Position numbers and translations under genes: made by a program. A stretch of 64,000 bases of DNA from an uncultured delta proteobacterium. Lineage in GTDB: Bacteria > Myxococcota_A > Polyangia > Haliangiales > Haliangiaceae. The stretch lies in NCBI GenBank assembly GCA_963743525.1, contig CAVUQH010000003.1, forward strand, positions 480,001 through 544,000, given 5' to 3'. Below the pieces are notes generated by a model. It did no database searches. It saw only the letters and a program-made list of their open reading frames with translations, and was not told the DNA's origin. This document shows, one piece after another, positions 42,743 to 56,518 of this stretch (its first letter is position 1; the number at the start of each line of letters is the position of its first letter).

Positions 42743-44296
42743 ATGACCAGGGCAGAGAGAGGACGAGCGGCCGGAGCCATCGCATGCGCGCTGGCGTTGG
42801 CCACCGGGTGCGGATCGCAGACCCCGACGGCGACGCCGCCGGCCCCGGCGCCGGCACCCGCTCCGGCACCGGCCGGGGCGACGGCGGACGCGCGCGCGAA
42901 GCTGGAGCAGGCGCTGCGCCCGCTGACGCCGCAGGACGGCGCCGACCGCGCGATCTCGCTGGCCAGGGTGATTGCAGAGACGGTCGCGCCCGACGACGGC
43001 TGTCTGACCGCGGTTGCCTCGGGCGCCGCCGCCGCCACCGTGCGCGCTGCGTGCCCGGCCGATGGGGGACAGGACGCCTCGCTCGCCCAGCTGGTGCTCG
43101 ACCACGCGGGCAAGGTGCTGGCGACCGCCTATGCCGGCGCCGACACCGGTGCGCTCGACGAGCTCCTGGCCGCGCTGCCGATCGGTCTGCCGCTGCCGGC
43201 CAGGAGCAGCGCGTGCGAGCTGCCGGTGGTGGCCGGCGCCGACGTGAGCGCCGACTTCGGCCGCACCTATCTCGTCCTGGGTGCCGACGGCGCGCTCCAC
43301 GCCGGGCGCTTCCCGATGGCCACGGTTCACGCCGGTGGCGTCGACGTGAGCGTCGACCGCGGCGCACCGTTCCCCGGCGAGGCGGTCGCCATCGACACCG
43401 CCGCCGGCGCCGTGGCCCGGCTCCGCGGTGGCGCCCCGGAGTCATCGACCGGCGACGCCGCGATGAAGAAGAAGCAGCCGGCGCCGAAGGGCCAGTACGC
43501 GATCGAGTCGGCGGGCGCGAAGCTGCCGCTCGCGCAGGCGCCGCTGCTGCTGATGGCCGATCGGCGAGCGCCGGCGACCGGGACCGTCGACGTCGCGGCG
43601 CACGTCCTGTGGTCGGTGCTCGCGGTCGCCGGCCCGGGCGGCATCGCCGTGGCGCTGCCGGTCCACCTGCGGGTGGCGCCACCGGGAGAGCGCGGGCCGC
43701 AGCCGTTCGTCTCCGTGACCGACGACGACGTGATGGTCGGCGTCACCGGCGCAAAGCAGGTGACGAAGCTGGCGCGGGTGACCGACGGCAGCGCGGCCCC
43801 GGCCGGGTTGGCCGACGCGCTGTCGGCGGCGCGGGCGAAGGCGCCGGCCAGCGCCGAGGTTCGCCTGTTCGTCGATGGCCCGGCGACGACCGCCGAGCTC
43901 GCCCAGCTCCTGGCCGCCGCGCACGCCGCCGGCGTCGAAGCGGTGACCGTCGAGCTCGGCCAGCCCAAGCTCGCCCCGCCGCCCAGGCCAAAGGCGCGCA
44001 TCTTCGCGGTCGCGGTCAAGGGACGGCTGGCGGCGCCGGCGGTCGAGCGCGCGCTGGCTCACCACCGCGACGATCTGCTCGCCTGCTTCGCGACGGTGGA
44101 ATCCGCCAGGCCCGGCACCATCTCGGTCAGCTTCATCGTCGCGCCCACCGGGCGTTCGGCCGGCGCCCACACCAAGGGCGGCGACCCGAAGCTGGCCGCC
44201 TGCGTCGCCGACGTCACCGACACCTTGCGCTTCCCCCGCCCCAAGGGCGCCGCATCGGTCAGCTACAAGCTGGAGTTCTCGGTCGCCGCGGAGTGA
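42743..44296 (+). CDS. Ala-rich lipoprotein with ExbD-like segments and a C-terminal AgmX/PglI-like domain
   Basis: LATGC lipobox, LLLMADRRAP and LFVDGPAT....Q.L.AA..AGV segments, C-terminal L.AC....G.I.V.F....G...AC......RFPRP..VSY.L.F. Confidence 0.55.
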   Translation: MTRAERGRAAGAIACALALATGCGSQTPTATPPAPAPAPAPAPAGATADARAKLEQALRPLTPQDGADRAISLARVIAETVAPDDGCLTAVASGAAAATVRAACPADGGQDASLAQLVLDHAGKVLATAYAGADTGALDELLAALPIGLPLPARSSACELPVVAGADVSADFGRTYLVLGADGALHAGRFPMATVHAGGVDVSVDRGAPFPGEAVAIDTAAGAVARLRGGAPESSTGDAAMKKKQPAPKGQYAIESAGAKLPLAQAPLLLMADRRAPATGTVDVAAHVLWSVLAVAGPGGIAVALPVHLRVAPPGERGPQPFVSVTDDDVMVGVTGAKQVTKLARVTDGSAAPAGLADALSAARAKAPASAEVRLFVDGPATTAELAQLLAAAHAAGVEAVTVELGQPKLAPPPRPKARIFAVAVKGRLAAPAVERALAHHRDDLLACFATVESARPGTISVSFIVAPTGRSAGAHTKGGDPKLAACVADVTDTLRFPRPKGAASVSYKLEFSVAAE

Positions 44297-44922
44297 GCTG
44301 CGCGCCGGCACGACAGCCGGCTGACCGGGTGCCAGTCGTCGCCGCCGACCGTCGCCGCCTCGTAGCGCCACTGGAACGCATCGGCAGTGATGTCGTGGAA
44401 GGTGATGCGCGCCTGGTGCCGGCGGAACATCGGCCGGGCAAAGCGCTCGCCGCCCATGACGATGTCGTCGCCCTGGGCCTTTGCGGTGAAGTGGTCGAAG
44501 TCGCGCTGGCTGCCGGCTGCCCAGACCGCGTGCCACTCGCCCGCCTGCCGGTCGTAGAGACGCAGGTTGATGCCCGACGGCGCTCCCTTCCTGGCCGGCT
44601 CCCACACGTCGGCGATGGCGTGACCACCGAGGGTGTAGAACCAGGTCCAGGTCGCCTCGCCCGGGCCCGGCTTCCACGTGCCGTCCTCTTGCAGGGCTTC
44701 GCTGGTGCAGCGCCAGACCCCCACCAGTCGGCCGAACTGCGCGGCCAGCTCGGGCGGAGCGTCGGCCGCGGGCGCATCACTGCGCAGCGCGGTGAACGGT
44801 GGCGGTGGTTCGGGACAGCTCGGCGGCGCGGGTGCGGGCGCGGTCGGCGCGGGTGCCGCAGCGGCGCCGCACGCGGGCGACGCCAGCAGGGCGATCAGGG
44901 CCCAGGTCGTCGGTGGCTGCAT
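44263..44922 (-). CDS. Hypothetical lipoprotein (DUF1579-like beta-rich)
   Basis: SPAC lipobox, F..LVGVW, LGGHAI.D.W, LRLYD...GEW, F.W.YE...GG..W. Confidence 0.6.
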   Translation of the reverse strand: MQPPTTWALIALLASPACGAAAAPAPTAPAPAPPSCPEPPPPFTALRSDAPAADAPPELAAQFGRLVGVWRCTSEALQEDGTWKPGPGEATWTWFYTLGGHAIADVWEPARKGAPSGINLRLYDRQAGEWHAVWAAGSQRDFDHFTAKAQGDDIVMGGERFARPMFRRHQARITFHDITADAFQWRYEAATVGGDDWHPVSRLSCRRAAHSAATENSSL

Positions 44923-45011
44923 GGGCGCACGGTATCACCGGCGCCGTCCCGGCTCTGGTTCGGTTGCAGCCAACGGGGGTATCGGCGCTGGCGCCGGTGG
45001 GAGCCTCCAGA

Positions 45012-45948
45012 TCAGCGCAGTCCGCGCTGGCGCAACAGCTCGATCACCAGGTCGGGCCGTTCGGTCTGCAGGATGTTGACCTCCTGATCGACGACGGTGC
45101 CGTAGCCGGACAAGTCGTGCTGCGCGCCGGCCAGCACGTCCTCGACGAAGACGTCGCTGAACGAGCGTGTGCCGCGCGCGTGCACCGCCTGCGAGCCGGC
45201 CTCGCGGTCCGCAGCCTCCAGCTCGACGATTTCCGGCACCCGCGGCGCGAAGTGGTCGAGCTGAGAGCTGATCTCGTCGACCGACGCCGGGCGGATCTGG
45301 ATGTGCAAGTTGGGATCGATCGCCAGGGCCTGGTCGATCTTGTCGATGCTGGAGGTGTCGAACACCGCCCAGTTCGACGGCGTCGGCGTCGTGGATCGCC
45401 TGCACCAGGAGATCGACGCGGTCGGTCTTGTTGGCGTTGACCAGCACCACCACCTTGCCGCGGCAGGTCTTCAGGAGGTCGACCAGCGTCGGCACCCGCT
45501 CGCACGAGAAGTCGCCGGGCAGGTCACCGGCGTCCACGTGCAGCGCCTGGATCTCGGCCAGGGTCATATCGGCCACGGTGCCGCTGCCGTCGGTGGTGCG
45601 GTCGACGGTGGTGTCGTGGATGTTGACCAGCACGCCGTCGGCGGTCGGTCGCGGATCGGTCTCGACGAACTCGACGCCCAGCGCAATGCCGGCGCGATAG
45701 GCGGCCAGGGTGTCCTCGGGCGCGACCACGCCGAGCAGACCGCCGGCGCCGCGGTGGGCCGACACCTGCACGGTGCGGCAGCTCGGATCCAGCGCGCAGG
45801 CGATTGCCACGGAGCTGGCGCGATCGGGGATGCTCGTGGCGGTGCAGTCGAACAGCGACGGGTCGAGGATTGGCCCGGCGTCCGCCTGTGGCGGCGTGCT
45901 CGTGCCACCGCCGCCGCCACATGCGGCCAGCACGGCGGCGACCAGCAT
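45012..45948 (-). CDS. Glycerophosphodiester phosphodiesterase lipoprotein, 1-nt insertion at 45372-45378
   Basis: LAAC lipobox, AHRG, APEDTLAAY, VETD...TADG.LV.IHD.TVDRTTDG, VPTL. C-terminal QTERPD is in the second frame (45012..45365). Confidence 0.88.
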
Positions 45949-46014
45949 GGCCACGGCCGGTGTCGATCGCGGTCCCCTCACGCCGGCGATGGTAGCGCGT
46001 ATAGTCGGGCCGTG

Positions 46015-47232
46015 GTGCGCCGACTGTTGCACGTGCTGTCGCAGCGACCGCTGCGTACCGGCAGCGGAGTGACGCTGGATGCGCTGGTGTCGCGGGCACA
46101 GGCGGCCGGCTGGGACCAGCGCGTGGTCTGTGCCGAGCCGGCGGGCGAGCCGGTGGCCTCGGTTGGCGGGCTGCCGGCGGAACGGGTCTCGGCGCTGGCG
46201 TTCGACAGCGCCGAGCTGCCATTCGACATCCCCGGAATGAGCGACGTCATGCCCTATCCCAGTCGCCGCTTCTCCAGCCTGACCGCCGGCGAGCTGGCGC
46301 GTTATCTGCAGGCGTGGCGGCAGCATCTGGCCCGCGTCGTCGACCTGCACCGCCCCGAGGTCATTCACGTTCATCACGTCTGGTTGGTCGCGGCGCTGAT
46401 GCGCGACGTCGCTGCCGACGCGTGGATCGTCGACCACTGTCACGGCACTGGTCTGCGCCAGCTCGAGCTGTGCCCCCATCTGGCCGACCAGGTGCGCGCC
46501 GGCTGCGCGCGCAACGATCGCTTTCTCGCCCTCCACGACGGTCATCGCGCCGAGCTCACTGCCGCGCTCGGCGTGGCGCCGGAGCAGGTCGCGGTGGTTG
46601 GCGCCGGCTATCGCGACGATGTCTTCGCGCCCGGCAGCGGCGGCGAGCCCGCCGACCCGTCAGCGATCGTCTTCGCCGGCAAGCTCAGCCACGCAAAGGG
46701 GCTGCCCTGGTTGGTCGACGCCGTCGAATCGCTGGCACGGCGCCGGCCGGTGACGCTGCACGTGGCCGGTGGCGGCTCCGGCGACGAGGCCGATGCGTTG
46801 CGCCAGCGCCTGGAGGCCTGTCCGTCGGTCGTGCTGCACGGCATGTTGTCGCAGCAGCAGCTGGCGGCGCTGCTCCGTCGGTCGGCGGTGTTCGCGTTGC
46901 CGTCGATGTTCGAGGGGCTGCCGCTGGCGCTGATCGAGGCCGTGGCCTGTGGCTGTCGTGCGGTGGCGACCGCGCTGCCAGGAGTCACTTCCATGGCGAC
47001 CGATCTGGGCGACCTGTTGCGCTGCGTGCCGCTGCCGCGCCGGGTCGACGTTGACCAACCGATCGCCGCCGACCTGCCCGCGTTCACCGCCGCACTGGAG
47101 GCGGCGCTCGACGACGCTCTCGACGCCGGTCGCACGGATCCCGCAGCCGTCGGCGATCGCCTGCGACCGTATGGTTGGGACGCCGTGTACGAGCGGGTCG
47201 AGCGCCTGTGGAACGCCCGTCCGTCGAGGTGA
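46015..47232 (+). CDS. Glycosyltransferase family 4 (GT-B)
   Basis: SQRP..TGSGV, P.VIHVHH, HGT, FAGKLS.AKG, VFALPSMFEGLPL.LIEA.ACG. Confidence 0.9.
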   Translation: MRRLLHVLSQRPLRTGSGVTLDALVSRAQAAGWDQRVVCAEPAGEPVASVGGLPAERVSALAFDSAELPFDIPGMSDVMPYPSRRFSSLTAGELARYLQAWRQHLARVVDLHRPEVIHVHHVWLVAALMRDVAADAWIVDHCHGTGLRQLELCPHLADQVRAGCARNDRFLALHDGHRAELTAALGVAPEQVAVVGAGYRDDVFAPGSGGEPADPSAIVFAGKLSHAKGLPWLVDAVESLARRRPVTLHVAGGGSGDEADALRQRLEACPSVVLHGMLSQQQLAALLRRSAVFALPSMFEGLPLALIEAVACGCRAVATALPGVTSMATDLGDLLRCVPLPRRVDVDQPIAADLPAFTAALEAALDDALDAGRTDPAAVGDRLRPYGWDAVYERVERLWNARPSR

Positions 47233-47307
47233 CCATGTGGGCGCGCGGCCGCACCGCACCGACACGACAAACCCCAACGGCGGGGCGGGGTTATACTCTG
47301 AGACCGG

Positions 47308-50300
47308 GTGGGGAACACGTACCAGTTCGCGGGTACGGAGCGCTTCGAGATCGTGCGCCGTCTCGGCGCTGGTGGCATGGGCGTGGTCTACGAAGCGTTC
47401 GATGCCGACCGCGGCGCGCGCGTGGCGATCAAGACCCTGTTGCGCGCCGACGGTGAGGCGCTGCTGCGCTTCAAGCGCGAGTTCCGCTCGCTGCGCGACT
47501 TGCACCATCCCAACCTGGTGACGCTGTTCGAGCTGATCGAGAACTCGGGCGAGTGGTTCTTCACCATGGAGATGGTCAACGGCGTCAACTTCCTGTCGTA
47601 CGTGTGGAACACCGACGCCAGGGTGCTGCGCAACCGACCGGGCGCGGCGCTGGCGCCGACCATGCCGCAGGCGCACCCGCTCGGCTCGCGCGCGCCGACC
47701 CAACGGCCCGACGTCCAACCGGACCTCGATCGATTGCGCGCGACTGCGCCGCAGTTCGCCCTGGGGATGGTTGCCCTGCACGAGGCCGGCAAGATCCACC
47801 GCGACATCAAGCCGTCGAACGTGATGGTCAACGACCAGGGGCGCGTGGTCATCCTCGATCTGGGGCTGGTGGCCGAGCAGGACAGCGACGCCCGCTCGAG
47901 CAGCGGCCACGTGATCGGCACCGCCGCGTACATGGCGCCCGAGCAGGCCACCGGTCGCGCGCCCGGGCCCGCGGCCGACTGGTACAGCTTTGGCACGGTG
48001 CTGTACGAGGCGCTGACCGGCGGCTTGCCGTTCGACGGCGCGCCGTTCGAGATCCTCCTGGCCAAGCAGGATCGAGAACCGCTGCCGGCCCACGAGATCG
48101 CACCCGAGGTGCCCGACGATCTCGATCGGCTGTGTGCGGATCTCTTGCGCCGCGATCCGGCAGCCCGTCCCACCGGCGCCGAGGTGATGCGTCGCCTCGG
48201 CGTGCTCCCTCAGGTGGTCGAGCTGGTGTCGGCGCCGTCGATCCTGTCCACGCCGCGCTTCGTCGGTCGCGAGCGCGAGCTGGCCGAGCTGGTGAGCGCT
48301 TACGAGACCACGCTCGAGGACCACGCCGTCGGCGTGATCGTCCACGGCGAATCGGGGGTGGGCAAGACTGCGCTGATCCGCGAGTCGGTGATGCAGGTCA
48401 CCAGCGACAGCTACGGCAGCGCGCGCCGGCCGCTGGTTCTGTCCGGTCGCTGCTTCGACAACGAGTCGGTGCGATACAACGCGTTCGACGGCGTCATCGA
48501 CCTGCTCAGCCAGTACCTGCGCCGGCTGTCCACCGACGAGGCCAGGACGCTCCTGCCTGCACACGCCGCGCTGTTGTTGCGCGCCTTTCCGGTGCTGGCC
48601 CAGGTCGAGGCGATGGCCAGCGTGCCGCTGTGGCGGGGCGAGTCGGGCGATCCCGACGAGTTGCGGACCAAGCTGTTGGCGGCCATTCGCGAGCTGTTCG
48701 TCCGCCTGGCCGAGCGAACTCCGGTGATCATCACCATCGACGACCTGCAGTGGGCCAACCGCGACAGCATGCTGCTCTTGCGCGAGCTGTTTCGTCCACC
48801 GGACGGTCCCCGGCTGCTGCTGTTGGCGTCCTGGCGGCCCGATACCGGCGCCGGCGATCCCAACGTCGCGCCCGACATCGACCTGTCCGACGACGTGCGC
48901 ACCGTCGCGCTGTCGGCGCTGTCGCCGGACGCGGCGCGCGAGCTGACTGCGGTACTGCTGGCCGGGGTCGGTCTGCCGATCGATCGCGCCGCCGCCATCG
49001 CCACCGAGGCCGGCGGCCACCCGCTGCACATCGATGCCCTGGTTCGCCACGCGGCGGTGTCGGGCGAAGACGCCGCGGTGCCGCAGCTGGACCAGGCGAT
49101 CCTGGCCCGCGTCGCGCAGCTGGACGCCGACGCTCGCCGGGTGATCGAAATGGTCTGCATCGCCGGCGCGCCGATCCCCCGCAGCGTGGTCGCCCGTGCC
49201 GCCGAGCTGGAAGAAGACGGCTGCGCCCGCGCACTGGGCCTCTTGCGCCTGCACAACCTGGTGCGCGCGTCCGGTGCGCGGCAGGCCGACGCGGTCGAGC
49301 CGTATCACGACCGCGTGCGCGAGTCGGTGGCGGCGGCGGTCGGCGACAGCGACAGGCCCCGCTACCACGGTCGCCTGGCGGTGGTGCTCGAGGCGGCCGG
49401 CGCCGACTCGCAGCTGCTGATGCGCCACCAGGAAGCGGCTGGCGACGACGAGCGCGCGGCGGTCACCGCGCTGCGAGCCGCGCACGAGGCCGACGAAGCG
49501 CTGGCGTTCGACCGCGCGGCCGAGCTGTACCGCGCGGCGCTGCGTCTGGGCTTCCCCGACGGTGCCGACCGGCGCGACATCCTGTGGCAGCTTGCCGAGG
49601 CGCTGACCAACGCCGGTCTCGGCGCCGACGCCGCGCCGGTCTACATCGAGGCCGCCGCTGGCGCCGACCCGGCGACCATGCTCGAAGGCTACCGCCGCGC
49701 CGCCGAGCAATACCTGATGACCGGCCATCTCGAGCAGGGGCTGGAGACCCTGCGCAAACTGCTGGGCGAGATCGGCGCTGGCTACCCGGCCAGCCCGGGG
49801 CGGGCAATGGCCAGTCTGCTGGCGACGCGGACGTGGCTGCGCGTGCGCGGCCTGCGCTGGAAGCAACGTGATGCCAGCACCATCGGTCGCGAGCGACTGA
49901 CTCGCGTCGAACGCCTTCCGCTCCGTGGCGCAGGGAATGGGCATGGTCAACAACATCCGTGGCGCCGCGTTCCAGTCGCGCGGGCTGCTCATGGCGCTGC
50001 GAGCCGGCGAGCCCAATCGCGTTGGCCGGGCCGTTTGTCTGGAGTCGATCTTCCTCGCCACGCAGGGCGGCCGCTCCATCCGCAAGGCGCGCGCGCTACT
50101 CGACAAGATTTCGCGGCTGCGCGAGAGCGATCCGGTCATCAACGCCTGGCACACCAGTGCCTCGGGGCTGGTGTCGTACTTCGAGGGCAACTTCGAACGC
50201 TGCAGCGAGCTGCTGGAGGAGGCCGAGTTGCTGTGGCGCGAGCAGACCGTCGGCGCGGTATGGGAGAAGAACAACATCCGCGTCTTTCGCCTGCTGGCGC

Positions 50301-51028
50301 TGCGCTTTCGCGGCCTGGCGACCGAGCTGGGACAGCTGGCCGACGACGCCATTCGCTACGCCTTGCGCAAGGGCGATCGCTATCTCGAGACCACCGTGCG
50401 CCGGCACTCGGATCTGTTGTGGCTGTGCGCCGACGATCCAGACGCCGCGCGCGCCAGCCTGGAGGCGGCGACCTGGGTGCCGCTGGGCGACGACTTCCAC
50501 ATCCAGCACTGGTACGAGCTCGAGGCCCTGGGTGAGCTGGCGCTGTACGAGGGCCGCGGCGCCGAGGCGTTGGCCGAGCTGCAGCCGCGCTTCGATGCGC
50601 TGGACCGGTCGCTGCTGATGCGCATCCAGACGATCCGGGTCATGGCGCGCTTCATCAGCGCTCGGCTGCTGTTGGCCCGCAACGGCGAAGGCGACATCCA
50701 CCGCGCCACGCGGCTGGCGCGCAAGCTGCGCCGCGAGAGCGCCGGCTACTGCCGGGCGCTGGGGCATTTGCTCGAGGGCGACATCGCCCACGCCCGCGGT
50801 CGCGATGACGATGCGGTGTCGTCGCTGGAGCGCGCAGCGATTCTGGCCAAGGGCAGCGACATGCGCCTGGTCGGCGGATCGATCGAGCGCGCCCTGGGCG
50901 TCGTGCGCGGCGGTGACGCCGGCGCCACCCGGGTCGAACGAGGCCGATCGCGCCCTGGCCGCCCTCGGCGTGCGCCGCCCCGCCTCCATCGCCCGCATCT
51001 TCGTGCCCTGCATTCTCGGCGCCTCTGG

Positions 51029-51032
<4 letters not shown>
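47308..51032 (+). CDS. Ser/Thr kinase - AAA/STAND ATPase - TPR-like protein, with two 1-nt insertions (49906-49912, 50933-50939)
   Basis: [41 protein letters not shown]. Continues in ORFs 49925.. and 50805..51032. Paralogous to 57583-61309. Confidence 0.9.
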
Positions 51033-51740
<708 letters not shown>

Positions 51741-51748
<8 letters not shown>

Positions 51749-52961
51749 TGCGGATGGCCACCACCGGATCGAGCCGCGCGGCCCGGCGCGCGGGATAGCT
51801 GGCGGCGACCACGCTGATCAGCGTGGCGACGCCGCTGACGAACAGCATCGCCTGGCGCGAGACGGCGATCGGGAAGGTGCGCTCGGCGGTCATCGGCAGC
51901 TTGGCGAACAGCGCCACCAGCCCGGCGCCCAGGAGCACGCCGACGCAGGCGCCGAGGAGACCGAGCAGCGCGCCCTGGAACAAGAACACGCGCTGGACCC
52001 GCCGCCGCGACAGGCCCATCGCGCGGAGGATGCCGATCTCGCGCGAGCGCTGCGACACCGAAACCACCAGCACACTGGCGATGCCGATGGCCACCGCCAG
52101 GAAGACGAAGATCTGGATGATCCAGCTCGACGCGCTCTGCGAGCGCAGCCCGGCCAACAGCTGGGCGTTGCGCTCCATCCAGCTCTCCACCTTCAGCCCG
52201 GTCTCGCGGCGAATTCGCTCGGCCAGCCGATCGGCGGCGAAGACGTCGCCGATCGACAGCTCGATGGCGGTCGCGCCGCCGGGCAGGTCGAGCAGACTCT
52301 GGGCGTTTCGCAGCGACACGATCACCCAGCCCTCGTCGGCGACGCTGGTGCCGAGCTCGAAGATCCCGCTGACGTCGAACACCGCGCTGCTGCCGTCGGA
52401 GGTCTGCACCCGGAGCTTCTCACCCACGTCGATGCCCAGATCCTCGGCCAGACGGGTGCCGATCACCGCTTGCTGCGCGTCGGTGGCGAAGCGCCCGCGG
52501 ACGAGCTTGGACTGGACGTCAACCACGCCGAGGAAGCGCGCGGGCTCGACGCCGAGGAGCGTGACGTTGGTGGTCGCGGTGCCGCGCACGGCAAAGGCCG
52601 GCCCGCGCGCCACCGGCGACACCGCGGTCACGCCGGGAAGGGCGCTGAATCGAGTGACCCGTTGCTGCCAGCCGTCGACCGATCGCACCCGCTGGGCGAC
52701 CTGCTCCACCCGCGACAGCACGACGGCGCCGCCGTCGGCCCGGGGCGCATACAGCTCGCGCGGCGTCTCGTCGGGCGGCTCGACGACCAGGTGTGGCTGC
52801 GAGCCGACGGTCTTGGCGATCAGGTCGGCCTGCAGCCCGGAGATGAGCGACGACAGGAAGACCACGATCGCGACGCCCACCGCCACCCCGGCCGCGATCA
52901 GCGCGCTCTGCGCTCGCGCGTCTCGCACCAGGCGCAGCGACAGGAACAGGTCGACCCTCAT
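51741..52961 (-). CDS. ABC transporter permease (FtsX/LolCE/MacB-type)
   Basis: N-terminal TM, periplasmic domain, [29 protein letters not shown]. Confidence 0.92.
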
Positions 52962-52962
52962 C

Positions 52963-54204
52963 TCAAGGGCGCTCCTCGGGACGCACCGGGTCGCCGACCT
53001 GGATCTGTGCCTGGGTGATCGGGATGACTCGATCACCGGCGGAGACGCCGTCGAGGATCTCGACCCCCTGCTTGCCGACCGCGCCGACGCTGAGCGCCCG
53101 CCGCCGCGCGCGGCCGTCTTCGATCACCAGCGCCCACGGCGACGTGGCCAGGTCGCGGACGGCGTCCATCGGCAGGACCAGCGCCCCCGGTTTGCGCTTC
53201 ACCAGGATGTCCACCGACACGGTCATGTCGGGGCGCAGGTAGTCGGGCGGCTGCGGGACCGCGAGCCGGACCTCTACGGTTCCGCGGCGCTCGTCGACGA
53301 TCGGCGCGATGAAGGTCAGCCGGGCGGGGAAGGTTCGATCCGGATAGGCGTCGGCCGACGCCAGCGCGCTCTGGCCGACCTCGAGCAGCGACAGGTTGCG
53401 CTCGTCGAGGCTGGCGACCAGCTCGGTCTCCTTGTCGGCGGCCAGCTCCATCACCGGATTGCCCGGCTGCAGGACGTCGCCCGGCTCGACCGAGCGCGAG
53501 ATCACCACGCCGTCCTCGGGGGCTTCGATTCGGGTGTTGGCCAGGCGCGCCTCGGCCAGCGAGACCGCTGCCTCCGCCTGCCGCACCTGGGCGTCAACGC
53601 TCTGCGCCTTGCCGCCGCTCGACCGCACGTCGTCGAGCTGCGCCGTGGCGGTGCGGAGGGCGCTCTCCGCGACCGAGGCGGTCGTGCGCGCCTGGTCGAG
53701 CATCTTGCCGGTCGCCGCCCCGCCGGCGACGAGTGACTCGACGCGCTCGAGGTTGAGCTGGGCTTCGTCGAGGTTGGTGCGCGCGCGGGTGACCGCCTCC
53801 TCGGCCTCGCGGGTGCCGACGGTGTGCAGCTGGTGTTTGCGCGCGGTCGCTTCGGCCAGCTGGGCGCGGGCGCTGGCCAGGGCGGCGCTCGCCTCGCGGT
53901 CGTCGAGCTGGACCAGCAGCTCGCCGGACGACACCCGGTCGCCCTCGCCGGCGCGCACCTCGCGCACGGCGCCCGCGGCCAGCGACACCAGGCGAATGCG
54001 CCGCGGGCGTACGCGCCCGGTGCTGACCACGGTCTGCACGACCTCGCGCACCTCGGGGTGGACGAAGGCAGCCGGGCGGCCGGCCACCCGGGGCCAGGCC
54101 CAGTAGGCGGCGCCCGCAATCGCGACGGCGACGACCGTCGCCCACACCCAGTGGCGGACGAGCGCTGCGCCCAGCCGGCGCGGAACGCTGGTGCGGGAGG
54201 CCAT
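52963..54204 (-). CDS. Efflux periplasmic adaptor (MacA/HlyD family)
   Basis: V.AGEGDRV..GELLVQLD, coiled coil, IEAPEDGVV...V.PG, LRPDMTV, VEILDGV.AGDRVI. Confidence 0.92.
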   Translation of the reverse strand: MASRTSVPRRLGAALVRHWVWATVVAVAIAGAAYWAWPRVAGRPAAFVHPEVREVVQTVVSTGRVRPRRIRLVSLAAGAVREVRAGEGDRVSSGELLVQLDDREASAALASARAQLAEATARKHQLHTVGTREAEEAVTRARTNLDEAQLNLERVESLVAGGAATGKMLDQARTTASVAESALRTATAQLDDVRSSGGKAQSVDAQVRQAEAAVSLAEARLANTRIEAPEDGVVISRSVEPGDVLQPGNPVMELAADKETELVASLDERNLSLLEVGQSALASADAYPDRTFPARLTFIAPIVDERRGTVEVRLAVPQPPDYLRPDMTVSVDILVKRKPGALVLPMDAVRDLATSPWALVIEDGRARRRALSVGAVGKQGVEILDGVSAGDRVIPITQAQIQVGDPVRPEERP

Positions 54205-54430
54205 GACCGGCAGCGTAGCGCGGGCGAGCCGGGGCGCGAGCCGGTCGGGCGACGAATCGCGTGGCGCCTGCTGCGTCCGTCCTCGGGCGACAATGGCTCC
54301 TCGGTTGCGGCCTGCGAGTCCCGTGAAAGCGCGCCGGATGCAGACCCTGTACCGCACCACCGGCGGCGTGGCCCCGCCGGCCCGACGCGGCCGCTGGCCT
54401 CGACCCTTCCTGGTGCTAGAGTAGTTGGCC

Positions 54431-54730
54431 GTGAGGTTCGTCGTCGGGATGGTGCTGTTCGTCTGCATGCTCGCCGTGCAGGTTCAGCGACCCGCGTCGA
54501 CCTTTGAGACCGGCAAATCGGTCGCGACCCAGGTCGCGGCCGCGGAGATTCGCGCCGAGGCTCCCCTGCCCACGGCCGAGATCTCCGAACAGGGCGGCGA
54601 CGAGCTCTACCTCGTCGATCGCGTGGTTCCCGACGCAGGCGCCCCCGAGAGCGTCGCAGCGGCCTGGTGGCTCGCGGCAGAGCTCCTCAGCGTGTCCGTC
54701 GCGGTGGCCGTTCCTCCTCCGATCGCGTAG
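54431..54730 (+). CDS. Small hypothetical exported/membrane protein
   Basis: Hydrophobic N-terminus, ends PPPIA. No recognisable family. Confidence 0.4.
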   Translation: MRFVVGMVLFVCMLAVQVQRPASTFETGKSVATQVAAAEIRAEAPLPTAEISEQGGDELYLVDRVVPDAGAPESVAAAWWLAAELLSVSVAVAVPPPIA

Positions 54731-54822
54731 CCGCGCTTCGCGAGTCGACCGCAGTTGCGCGCCCGCACGGCGCGCGAGGGATGAACGGGCGCCGGCTGCG
54801 AGCTGGCGCCGGAGGAGCGAGT

Positions 54823-56176
<1,354 letters not shown>

Positions 56177-56244
56177 GCCACGAGCCCGTTGCAGCCTGCC
56201 AGGCCGCGCACCCGGCCGCCCCCTGGTTTCGCCGATTTCGGTGC

Positions 56245-56259
56245 CGGCACGGGGCTTGC
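56245..56259 (+). promoter_or_regulatory. Putative sigma54 promoter
   Basis: CGGCAC-GGGGC-TTGC, just downstream of a sigma54 activator gene and upstream of RBS GAGGAG (56271). Confidence 0.65.
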
Positions 56260-56283
56260 TCAACCAACCCGAGGAGTTTGCAG

Positions 56284-56505
56284 ATGATCGACGTGACCAG
56301 CTATCCACACCTCGTGTCCGCCGCCGCGGCCAGGTTAACGTGGGGCCCGGAGCCCGACGACGACGGCTGCGTCTCGTGCGGCAGCGCCGAAGACCTGTCG
56401 GTGCCGACCCACGACGAGGCACCGCCGCTGTGTCTCGAGTGTCGGTCGCCGCTGCGCCATCTCGAGTTTCCCGAGGTCTATTGCGACCTGGGTGAAGGTG
56501 ACTGA
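56284..56505 (+). CDS. 73-aa putative zinc-ribbon protein
   Basis: CVSC...CLEC, strong RBS, acidic C-terminus YCDLGEGD. Confidence 0.65.
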   Translation: MIDVTSYPHLVSAAAARLTWGPEPDDDGCVSCGSAEDLSVPTHDEAPPLCLECRSPLRHLEFPEVYCDLGEGD

Positions 56506-56518
56506 AAGGAGAACGCAC

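Noticed and set aside
42655..42743. Cobalamin riboswitch or Fur box upstream of the TonB-dependent receptor
   Set aside because: The intergenic space is under 90 bp and has no recognisable B12-box or AT-rich Fur palindrome.
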